DNA from: Ranitomeya imitator | Lineage: Eukaryota | Assembly (NCBI RefSeq): GCF_032444005.1 | Contig: NC_091290.1 | Coordinates: 19,654,001-19,718,000 of the forward strand | Direction: 5' to 3' | Length of the DNA stretch: 64,000 bases | In this document: positions 47,718-59,300 of the stretch, piece after piece | How positions within the stretch are numbered: the first letter of the stretch is position 1 | How the letters are laid out: each line of letters opens with the position of its first letter | The notes under the pieces: model-generated | What the model was told of the DNA's origin: nothing | Seen by the model: only the letters and a program-made list of their open reading frames with translations | Databases searched by the model: none | Program-made: the position numbers and the translations under genes

Positions 47718-49087
47718 AGCGAGTAAGTGCAAGAGCGCACAGTTCACCAGCTATAGAGTCAAACAATGACACCCGTGACACTGTGCGAGTTCTATAAGTA
47801 GAGACTGTGTTCCGTGATGTCATAATTAGCCAACATCATGAGTGATGTCATAATGGCCGACCATCATGAGTGATGTCATCATAGAATCTTCATGGGCGGC
47901 TCTGTACAAATAGATACTGCCTAGTAATTCTGAAAGTGGAAAACCATAGCATGAATGATGTCTCCATGTTATTATGGGCATTCTGTTTTATTTCCAGCTT
48001 GAACACAACCAGGATAAGGGTATATTCACATGATGCATTTTTGCAGCATTTTATTCTACCCCTAAAACCAGAGTGGTAGCAGAAAAAACGCTACGTACAA
48101 TACTGATGTTTTTGCAGCATTTTGTTTTTTCTTTCATTCAGTTGAATGGGTAAAAAACGCTGCAAAACTGAAAGAATTCACAAACTTCAGATAAAAAAAA
48201 AAAAACGGAATAAAAAATGCAACGTGTGATTGAGAGTTTAGAAATCTCATTCTCTAGGCTGGTACTGTAAAAAGGAAGGTTTTTTTCCACAGAAAGAAAT
48301 AAGTCTGAAAGAAAACCCTAGGGTTAGGCATATTTTTGTGTTATAAGCTGGAACTTACAGGCTTTGTCAGTGACACACTGACAGACCAGCAATCAAAGTA
48401 AAAATTATACATGTCCCACAGTGAGACGAAGTACAAACGTAAAAAAAAAAAGTAAAATAATACGTAAAAAAAAAAACAAAAACAAAAAAGCGCACACAAA
48501 TCACAGAAAGCCATTTCACCACTGAAAACACAGCATTTATAATAAATAAAAAAATAAGCAAGAAATGTACACATAATTGGTTTTGCCACATCCGTAATGA
48601 CTCAATCCATAAAACTGGCATGTTATTTATTCCATTTGTCAAACGCCGTAAAAAAAAAAAACACTTGCCAAGAATATAGCTTTTTCGTCATAGTGACTCA
48701 CAAAAAAGTGAATGAAAACTGATCAAAAAGTCATATGTAAAAAAAAAAAATAGCATAAATGAAAAAGCCAAACCGTCCCGCAAAAAAATAAGCCATAATA
48801 AGGCTAATTCTGCAAAGAAATAAAAAAGTTACAGCTCTCAGAATATGATAATGCAAAAACAAATTTATTTTTGTAAAATAATGTTTTCGGTGTGTAAAAA
48901 TAGCAAAGCATTAAAAAATAAAAATCTGTTATTGCTGTAATCGTACCAACCCGACGAACAAATTGGTCTTATCACTTTTACCACTTGGTGAACGGCGCAA
49001 AAAAATAAAAATAAAAACCGCCATATGTCATTTTCTGGTGAGGTGCAGTGTTGAGGGTCCAGAGGCCCCTCATTGAAAGGGGGGTAC

Positions 49088-49745
49088 TGTCACGATCCAT
49101 TTTTGGATTCGTAGCAGCTCTGGTTCCGCTTAGTTTAAAACCTTTTTCCATCAGGGGTTAATGTCAGTTTTTCCCCCGCTGGCAATCTGGTGTTACTGCA
49201 GTGCTGCTGGGTCAGCTGATGCGGGTGGTGACCACTCCCACCATCTTCTGAAAGGTCACCTGGTGCATCAGCTGACTGTTGGTGATATAGTTCCTTTCTG
49301 GAGACCAGCCAAGCAGGAGCAGCTCTCTGGTGTCTGCCACGTCTGGCGTTTGGAGTCCAATTGCTGTTGTTATCTACAGTGTGCAGTTTAGCAGCGGTGT
49401 ACATAAGCTAAATGTGGTGTTTTTTGTTACCTTGTCCCTTTGGTGTCTGTCACTTTTTCCTGTGTTTATTATCTGCAGAGGTGAGGCTAGTGCTCCTTGC
49501 CGGGCAGTGCACTAGCCAGGGCAGAGTTAGGTGACAAATAGGGTCGAGGTATCCTGATGGCGGCAGGGGGAAGGACCCATATAGGGCGTTAGGTGAGTGC
49601 AGGGACAGGCTCAGGTTAGAGCTCAGGAGATGTCCATCCCTTATTCCCTATTGGTAGGGCCTTCCTCACCCCTATTCCATCCCATTGTATGTGAGTTGTG
49701 CCATTAGTTCACTGACCACCCTTTGGGTCGTGTCGCCCTGTGACA
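49088..49745. mobile_element. Possible solo LTR
   Basis: Starts TGTCACG and ends GTGACA (inverted TG...CA termini); no TSD found. Confidence 0.4.
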
Positions 49746-50636
49746 AAGAGAGAATGCAATATAATGTAAGGAGGAGAGCCGACCCTAGTGTGCATTGTCC
49801 GGGATGAGTCCGCAACCATTGGTGCTGTCGCTTGAGATGCAGGGGGTAAGCTTAGTTCTCTGGACAGACCTTTGAACTTGAGACCGTGGGGAGTGGAGAA
49901 TATAAAAGGGCGACAGAGCGCGGGAACAAAGTGGCGGCGAGAAACTGTAGTGTACGGAGGTCGACTGTGAGTCCTCCCTTGCAGTATAGTCAGGACAAAG
50001 TAGGCCCAAGCCCGAGGGGCCCATGGAGACTTACCGGAGACAATAGGCAGAGACTCCTCCCGGTATCCCTGACAGTTCCGACTCCCATAATGTCACTGAG
50101 CGTGATTGATTCCTCTGCACGACCTGACAGTAGGAGGCGCACCTCGAGATGGGACAACCAGGCCGCAGACTGAGTACGGCGGCCTGATATATCTGCTCCA
50201 ACATACTGCAGCGCCATGTCGGCGCTTAAAAGAAAGGACTGTCACCTCTTCAGCAATTCTCTTCTTGGATTCAAGACCTGCGACCTCATTATCACCGACG
50301 GCATCGGGACCCAGGACCTCTTCTGGACCAGGATGACTTCGGATCCTTCAAGTGTTCAAGCCGGGGCGCATCCACCATCATCGCAGATACTGCTCTTCAT
50401 CTACGTCAGATTAATAAGTTTGATACCTTTGAACTCTCCCCTGTCCAATCTTACAACTGTTTGCCCTAAGTTTACCAAGTATACCTTGTTCAACCTCCCC
50501 TCCATTTATTCTCTCCCTGTGTGGAGTAACGCTGTTACATTAAATCCCTCTGTTAACCCTTGTTCTGCCTCTGACTGTTACTGCATCCCGCGACCTGCTT
50601 TCACTAATAAGAGAGGTCTTTTACAATTAAGAGTAT

Positions 50637-50722
50637 TACCATGTATAATCGAGTATAAGTTGAGATTTTCAGCCCATTTTTGGGGGCTGAAAGTGCGCCT
50701 CTCGGCTTATACTCGAGTCATT
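50637..50722. mobile_element. Small Tc1/pogo-like terminal fragment
   Basis: TACCATGTATAATCGAGTATAAG...CTTATACTCGAG inverted pair. Confidence 0.3.
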
Positions 50723-52440
50723 GTCCCAGGGGATCGGCGGGGGAGGGGGAGTAGCGACTGTCACATCATACTCATCTCCTCCCGGCGTGGTCTCTACAAT
50801 CCAAATTTTAGAATGCTGTCACTGTAGCTCAGGACTACGTCCTGATTTTCACTTATTCTGTGTGTACGATGCCTTGTCACCTGCAATGCAGGGAAGCCTG
50901 CATGTGTTACCTCTTTCTACTCAAGGGGAAAAGCCAGCATCTCTCTGCTCTGTACACACTTACATTCATTTAATTACCTCATTCTTCTATTTTCTTGAAC
51001 TCTGATCTTCCCTGGGTTTCGAAATCCCAACTTTTAGCATTGGTGGCAGCACCAATAGCTTCTGTCAAGTATAGGAGAATTTTCAGTACTTGAATGTCTA
51101 TTGCATTCTTCTTCATTACAGGCACATTGTACTGCTACATGTAGCTACATCTTTATATACCAGTGCATCTTCATATACCTTGTGTTCTAGAGGTAAAGTA
51201 AAAAAAATTCTTCCTAAAAATTATGAAAACCAACTACAATAATTAGATTTTAATGCATTTTTAAAAAAATATATTAAAAGTAATATTAACAGACATATAT
51301 TTGGCATCCCTGTAATCGTAACAACCTGTGCAATATAGATGTGTGGTTTTGTTGCTTTTTAAGTACAGAATCAAAGCTTTATAATATAACAAAATATTAA
51401 AAACGCTACTTCAAATCTGCACAAAAAAAACTGATCAATACAGGCTTTTTCTGGCTGTGTCTTATTTTAACCCATTAACAACTGTGGGATTAGTAATGGA
51501 TAGGTGTCTTATTGACACCTCTCCATTACTAAGCCGGGTTTGATGTCACCTTACAATACAAAGATGACATTAACCCCCCAACTATTACCCCACTTGCCAC
51601 CACTACAGGGCAAGTGGGAAAAGAGAGGCTAAGTGCCGGAATTGGTGCATCTTACAGCTGAGAGCTGGTGTTTGTAGATGGGGGGGGGGCAATATCCATG
51701 GTCCCTTTCTAGGCTATGAATATCAGCCCGCAGCTGTTTGCATAGCCTTTTCTTGATTATTAATTATAGGGGGACACCACGTCATTTTTTGGGGGGGTCC
51801 CCCTATTTTAATAGCCAGTAAAGGCTAAATATACAGCTGCCGGCTGATATTCATAGCCTGGGAAGATCCATGGGTATTAACCCCTTCCCAGGCTATAAAC
51901 ATTGGGACCCCATTCGCTGGCTTTCCCTTGTCTGGTTTGGAAAATGGCGTTGGAGCCCACGCCATTTTTTCCAAAATATAATGTTTTATTAATTAAATAC
52001 ATTTACATTAGACTTCACACATACTATACTAATTGTATTTGTTCCACACATCTGCAAATTGTCTCTTCAGAGAGGAAGAGGACTAGAACTCTAGTGCCAC
52101 CTATTGGAAGTAGCAATCCTAAAGGTCGATGTCGACCCTTTAAGAGCCTTGTCACATGACTTAGGATAAAAGCCAAATATGCAAATCTAATGATCCTGCA
52201 TATATTAATTATGGGATTCTGAGTCCCAAACCTTCCCTATGTCACCGCAGGTAACATTGCCAATGGCTCTAATAATGGAAACACCTTGATGACGGGATAT
52301 TTATTAATACCAAGGTCTTCCAGAATTGTGCACAAGTAATGACTCCCATCATCCTTATCAATGAGGAACCTTGGCAGCTGGCGGGTGAAGCCGGTACATA
52401 TACCAGGAGACAGATGCAGCTGCTACACAGAAGCAGAACA

Positions 52441-52497
52441 ATGCGCAGTCCTGTCCTCATCTGCCTTGTACTTCTACCATTTACCGATGCCCTTCCC
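52441..52497 (+). CDS. Astacin-like exon 1 (signal peptide)
   Basis: MRSPVLICLVLLPFTDALP|gtgagt. Confidence 0.72.
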
Positions 52498-55400
52498 GTG
52501 AGTACAGAAGCCATTCAGCAATGTGAGAATGTAAAGGGATACTTCAGTCTGATGGGTGCTGCTTCAACTTTAAGACTTTTTTTTCTGAGACCATGTAGTG
52601 GATCTCTCCATTCACTTCTATGGGAAGAGCAATTGAAAAAGTGGAGTCAACACCTATTCTTGGCATTGCGGACATGCCGTAAATGTTGCCCCTCTTATAA
52701 AGTTGTTGAAAAATATATAGAATAAGCTCAATGTTTTATTTAAGTTTTGTTTTTGTTTAAAAAAAAGTTTCTGAATGGAAACCGTCAACAAGCAGGTGCT
52801 GCTCCTGACAGATGTTAATAAGAGCTGACCACATTGTCCCCATTATTTGGCTTCTCCTCGGCAGTCGCAGGGTCGGCGATCGACACTGATGAGGCCTCCG
52901 GAAACATATAAGTGGATCCAGCAGGAGGAAAAGTTCTGCAAGTGCAGCTGATAATTTGTTCTAGAACTCCGGCCGATGTCGCCATGGCTTGCTTTAAGTT
53001 TGCGAAAAGATTCTTTTTATACATTCACAGGTTGAAAACTTATCCTCATCATCTCCAATTGACGTTAGACTCATTAAGAAGAGTCTTCGCTTACTGACAA
53101 GTGCAAGTGGGTCACCGTGGTCCATATATAAAAAAAAATGCTGCTTTATTCACTACTCTGATCCATTGTTGCCCATTATGTGTATGGCATCCTTTTTTTT
53201 TTTTTTATATTGTGGATATATAAAACTGAAGTCAGACAGATGCAAAAAACGGACACATGGATGACAAGTGTAACAACGGGCGGATGAAAAAAAATGCCAT
53301 CTGGAAGAAAAACGGACCATTTTTCATCCGATCGTCTGAGCCCAGACTTTAGAAGTCGTTATATGTTTAGATAGGTTTCTAACCTTCCAAGGCTTCCAAT
53401 CATTGAAAGCAAGCAGAATTTATAAAATGATAAAGAACATAAAGTATATTACTTATAAGAGACATGGAGCAGATTAATGTTGGTGTTAGAATTATTCTAA
53501 TAACCTTTTATTTGTTTTCAGCTAGAAAACAGACTGCCAACAGATGGTGAGTTATTGGCATTCATAATCCACATTAGCTAAATGCCGACATAGACTAGGA
53601 CCCATTCTATTTTCCTGGAAGAGAAGCCTATGTGGCAAGCCACATTTCCCTCTATGTATAACATCTGGCCCTGTTGCCCCTGGTCTATAACATCATGGCC
53701 CATTGCCCCCAGTGTATAACATCTGGCCCGTTGCCACTGGTCTATAACATCATGGCCCATTGCCCCCAGTGTATAACATCTGGCCCCGTTGCCCCTGGTC
53801 TATAACATCATGGCCCATTGCCTCCAGTGTATAACATCTGGCCCTGTTGCCCCTGGTCTATAACATCATGGCCCATTGCCCCCAGTGTATAACATCTGGC
53901 CCCGTTGCCCCTGGTCTATAACATCATGGCCCATTGCCCCCAGTGTATAACATCTGGCCCCGTTGCCCCTGGTCTATAACATCATGGCCCATTGCCCCCA
54001 GTGTATAACATCTGGCCCCGTTGCCCCTGGTCTATAACATCATGGCCCATTGCCTCCAGTGTATAACATCTGGCCCTGTTGCCCCTGGTCTATAACATCA
54101 TGGCCCATTGCCCCCAGTGTATAACATCTGGCCCCGTTGCCCCTGGTCTATAACATCATGGCCCATTGCCCCCAGTGTATAACATCTGGCCCCGTTGCCC
54201 CTGGTCTATAACATCATGGCCCATTGCCTCCAGTGTATAACATCTGGCCCTGTTGCCCCTGGTCTATAACATCATGGCCCATTGCCCCCAGTGTATAACA
54301 TCTGGCCCCGTTGCCCCTGGTCTATAACATCATGGCCCATTGCCCCCGGTGTATAACATCTGGCCCCGTTGCCCCTGGTCTATAATATCCAGCCCCATTG
54401 CTACCAGGGTATAACATTCAGCCCCTTTCCCTGATGTAGAACATCCGGCCCTGTTACTCCCAGAGTATTACATCCAGGCCTTTGCCACTGGTGTATAACA
54501 TCATGGACCATCGCCCCTGGTGTATAACAACCGGCCCCTCACCACTAGTGTAAAAATCCAATACAATTACCCCCCAGTGTATAACATCTGGCCCCGTTGC
54601 CCCCCTCAGTGTATAACATCTGGCCCTGTTGCTCCCGGTGTATAACATCTGGCTCCTCACCACCTTTATATAACATGTGGCCTTTCACCCCCGGGGTATA
54701 TCATCCAGCCTTGTTGGCCCCCGATGTATACATTCAGCTCCTTTCCCCGGTGTATAACATATAGCCCTTTGCCCCTGGTGTATAACATCATGTCCCATTG
54801 CCCCCAGTGTATAACATCTGGACCATTGTCCCTGGTTTAAAACATTCAGTACAATTGTCCCTGGTGTATAACATCCTGCCTTGTTGCCTCCCAGTATATA
54901 CATTCGGCCCCTTGCCCCTGATCTATAGCATACAGTCCCTTGCCCCCTGTGTATAACATCTGTTCCCTCGCCACCGGTGTATAACACCCAACCCCTCACC
55001 TCTGGTGTATAACAACTAGCCCCTCGCCATCCCATCTGCCTTTACTAACGTGACAGAACGACTGGTGGTGCAGAGCTCACTGATACCAGCGCCATCCTAT
55101 AATAGGAGCCACCGGTGTAACAAGTCTGTTCATGACATTTCATCAATGACCATGACCTACAGGTGAAAAGCTCCTATAGGTGTCCCCTTACTTTTGTCAA
55201 TATAGTGTATGTGCTTTAAAAGTTCTCCTGTGCGATGTCCTAATCTACAGTGTCATGTCCTATATACTGTCACACATTAAATAGTTACTGTTTTAATGAA
55301 AAGGCACCGCAATGGGGGTACACTACAGGCCGTAATGTTGCATATAAATGCATTTTGCATAAAACGTCATTTATTTTCATCCATCAGCTCCAATATTAAC

Positions 55401-55929
55401 CAACACAGAGGCTGAGGAGATAGAAGATGTTTTCTCGCAAATACTAAGGTCCAACAAAGGTAACTATCGTCCTTTCTCTCCAGAACATAAAGAAAGAATT
55501 GTGTCTTCATTACACACATGCTCTGTTCTGTCATTTAGACTCTACAGTTAAGTTGTATCATGGTGATATTGTGATGGACACGAGCTACAATGCCATAAAG
55601 TGCCCCTATTGTCTGTGGGAAAAATCAACGGATGGCGTGGTAACGGTGCCCTACAGGCTGGCCTCTGATTATAGTAAGTGTGGGAGGGGTGACAGCAAAA
55701 TGGAATCTAGTCCCTTGAGTCAAAGAAAACCCTGCTATGATTCAGATGCAGGTCACCAATGCATAAAATCAAGCAGATTGTAGATTAGTTGCTGTCACCT
55801 TGTGCTTCCAGGTGATGAAAATAAAGAACTGATTACTGCCGCCCTCGAGACCTTCACAACCCTAACTTGTATCCGATTTATGGAAAGGAGCACAGAGAAG
55901 GACTATCTGGATATCCACTCTGGAAGCGG
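52441..55929 (+). CDS. Astacin-family (hatching enzyme/UVS.2-like) metalloprotease, 5' partial: join(52441-52497,53522-53546,55388-55459,55539-55673,55812-55929); zinc-binding exons lie beyond the window
   Basis: Signal peptide MRSPVLICLVLLPFTDALP; prodomain EDVFSQILRSNK..LYHGDI; mature CPYCLWEKSTDGVVTVPY..LETFTTLTCIRFMERSTEKDYLDIHSGSG; GT-AG and phases consistent. Confidence 0.87.
53522..53546 (+). CDS. Astacin-like exon 2 (25-nt microexon)
   Basis: ttttcag|CTAGAAAACAGACTGCCAACAGATG|gtgagt; supplies the phase 0 to 1 shift needed. Confidence 0.6.
53650..55020. repeat. 58-bp (2 x 29 bp) minisatellite in astacin intron 2
   Basis: tgtataacatctggccccgttgcccctggtctataacatcatggcccattgcccccag; homogeneous to about 54380, then degenerate. 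Confidence 0.93.
55170..55209. mobile_element. Tc1-like terminal inverted repeat end
   Basis: ggtgtccccttacttttgtcaatatagtg|TA resembles Tc1-family termini with a TA target. Confidence 0.4.
55388..55459 (+). CDS. Astacin-like exon 3 (prodomain)
   Basis: PILTNTEAEEIEDVFSQILRSNK|gtaact. Confidence 0.82.
55539..55673 (+). CDS. Astacin-like exon 4 (prodomain end, mature N-terminus)
   Basis: STVKLYHGDIVMDTSYNAIKCPYCLWEKSTDGVVTVPYRLASDY|gtaagt. Confidence 0.9.
55812..55929 (+). CDS. Astacin-like exon 5
   Basis: DENKELITAALETFTTLTCIRFMERSTEKDYLDIHSGSG|gtagga. Confidence 0.9.
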
Positions 55930-56394
55930 GTAGGAGTTTAACGCAAGAGGAAAGTTTATAAAAGCTCATATAAACTTTATACTGTCTGAGGTGCCAATAA
56001 AATGCGTGCTAGTGTCATCCCATACAAATACTGTACGTACCGTAGCAACGCATACAAACCCCCTACATCGCATAAGACGACAGGAACGTTATAAATAGCA
56101 GTAAAAAAGTTATATTAGAATAATTAACCTATAATGCAAACAGCAAGGACAGAAACTGCTGATCATAAAAGCTGCCTTAGTATAACCACAGTCCTGAGAG
56201 TTGTACAGATGGTAGCTATAATTTTATAACTCATCCATTATTTGATTTGGGATCATATTTTAGGGTTGTCCTGCCAAAAAATACAGGTCAGGTGATTATT
56301 ACTTTTCTATTCCCTATGACTATTCTTCTAACAACTTATGTAGTCAGTAAACTGAATATATTTACCAAACTCTACCGTCACTATTATAAAACAT

Positions 56395-59300
56395 AATTAC
56401 TATAATACTACTCCTATCTACAAGAACATGGCTAATGCAATACTGCCTCTATGTACAAGAATATAGCTACTATAATACTGCCCCCTATGTACATGAATAT
56501 AACTACTATAATACTGCCATTATGTACAAGAATATAACTATTATAATACTGCCTCTTATGTACAAGAATATAACTACTATAATACTGCTCCTATGTACAA
56601 GAACATAACTACTATAATACTGCCCCCTATGTACAAGAATATAACTACTATAATACTGCTCCTATGTACAAGAACATAACTACTATAATACTGCCCCCTA
56701 TGTACATGAATATAACTACTATAATACTGCTCCTATGTACAAGAACATAACTACTATAATACTGCCCTCTATGTACATGAATATAACTACTATAATACTG
56801 CTCCTATGTACAAGAACATAACTACTATAATACTGCCCCCTATGTACAAGAATATAACTACTATAATACTGCTCCTATGTACAAGAACATAACTACTATA
56901 ATACTGCCCCCTATGTACATGAATATAACTACTATAATACTGCTCCTATGTACAAGAACATAACTACTATAATACTGCCCCTATGTACAAGAATATAACT
57001 ACTATAATACTGCTCCTATGTACAAGAACATAACTACTATAATACTGCCCCCTATGTACAAGAATATAACTACTATAATACTGCTCCTATGTACAAGAAC
57101 ATAACTACTATAATACTGCCCCCTATGTACATGAATATAACTACTATAATACTGCTCCTATGTACAAGAACATAACTACTATAATACTGCCCTCTATGTA
57201 CATGAATATAACTACTATAATACTGCTCCTATGTACAAGAACATAACTACTATAATACTGCCCCCTATGTACATGAATATAACTACTATAATACTGCTCC
57301 TATGTACAAGAACATAACTACTATAATACTGCCCTCTATGTACATGAATATAACTACTATAATACTGCTCCTATGTACAAGAACATAACTACTATAATAC
57401 TGCCCCCTATGTACAAGAATATAACTACTATAATACTGCTCCTATGTACAAGAACATAACTACTATAATACTGCCCCCTATGTACATGAATATAACTACT
57501 ATAATACTGCTCCTATGTACAAGAACATAACTACTATAATACTGCCCTCTATGTACATGAATATAACTACTATAATACTGCTCCTATGTACAAGAACATA
57601 ACTACTATAATACTGCCCCTATGTACAAGAATATAACTACTATAATACTGCCCCTATGTACAAGAATATAACTACTATTATACTGCCCCTATGTACAAGA
57701 ATATAACTACTATAATACTGCTACTATGTACAAGAATATAACTACTATCATACTCCCCTATGTACAAGAATATAACTACTATAATACTGCCCATATGTAC
57801 AAGAATATAACTACTATAATACTGCCCCTATGTACAAGAATATAACTACTATAATACTGCTCCTATGTACAAGAATATAACTACTATAATACTGCTCCTA
57901 TGTACACGAATATAACTACTATAATACTGCCCCTATGTACAAGAATATAACTACTATCATACTCCCCTATGTACAAGAATATAACTACAATACTGCCCAT
58001 ATGTACAAGAATATAACTACTATAATACTGCCCCCTATGTACATGAATATAACTACTATAATACTGCCCTTATGTACAAGAATATAACTATTATAATACT
58101 GCCCTTATGTACAAGAATATAACTACTATAATGCTTCCCCTATGTACAAGAATATAACTACTATAATACTGCCTCTTATGTACAAGAATATAACTACTAT
58201 AATACTGCCTCCTATGTGCAAGAATATAACTACTATAATACTGCGCCCTATGTGCAAGAATATGACTACTATATTACTGCCCCTATGTACAAGAATATAG
58301 CTACTATAATACTGCCCCCTATGTACATGAATATAACTACTATAATACTGCCTCCTATGTGCAAGAATATAACTACTATAATACTGCTCCTATGTACAAG
58401 AACATATCTACTATAATACTGCCCCCTATGTACAAGAATATAACTACTATAATACTGCTCCTATGTACAAGAACATAACTACTATAATACTGCTCCTATG
58501 TACAAGAATATAACTACTATAATACTGCTCCTATGTACAAGAATATAACTACTATAATACTGCCCCTATGTACAAGAATATAACTACTATAATACTGCTC
58601 CTATGTACAAGAACATATCTACTATAATACTGCCCCCTATGTACAAGAATATAACTACTATAATACTGCTCCTATGTACAAGAACATAACTACTATAATA
58701 CTGCTCCTATGTACAAGAATATAACTACTATAATACTGCTCCTATGTACAAGAATATAACTACTATAATACTGCCCCCTATGTACATGAATATAACTATG
58801 GAAACAGGAACACATGGGCTACTTGCACAGTGAACAAGTCTGTATGATCATGTTCACACACCACCAAGAAACTTGAAGACACAAAAGAGAATAGTAAAAC
58901 CAAAAACACTCAGTTTGAAAAAATGTTGCAGTAATCCGCAAGTGCTAGTAAAAGATGTAAAAAACAGGGTATTTGGTTGATACGTTTTTTGCAAAAAATG
59001 TATACTAAGCTGCTCTACCAATCTTCACGGTATACCCTTATCAGAGCAGTCCTAACTAATGTATGCAATCCCTATCTGATGTATTTAAAAACCTGATCAT
59101 CTGTATATAACCTGTGTGAACAGGGTTCAGAGAGGAAAAATCCATGTGTGCATACAGGGTAGAACAGCTATTGTACAAGAACATAACTACTATAATACTG
59201 CCTCTATGTACAAGAATATAACTACTATAATACTGCTCCTATGTACAAGAACATAACTACTATAATACTGCCCTCTATGTACATGAATATAACTACTATA

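Noticed and set aside
52339-52725. 128-aa ORF as the astacin N-terminus
   Set aside because: Only 52441-52497 fits a signal peptide followed by a gtgagt donor; the rest is intron read-through
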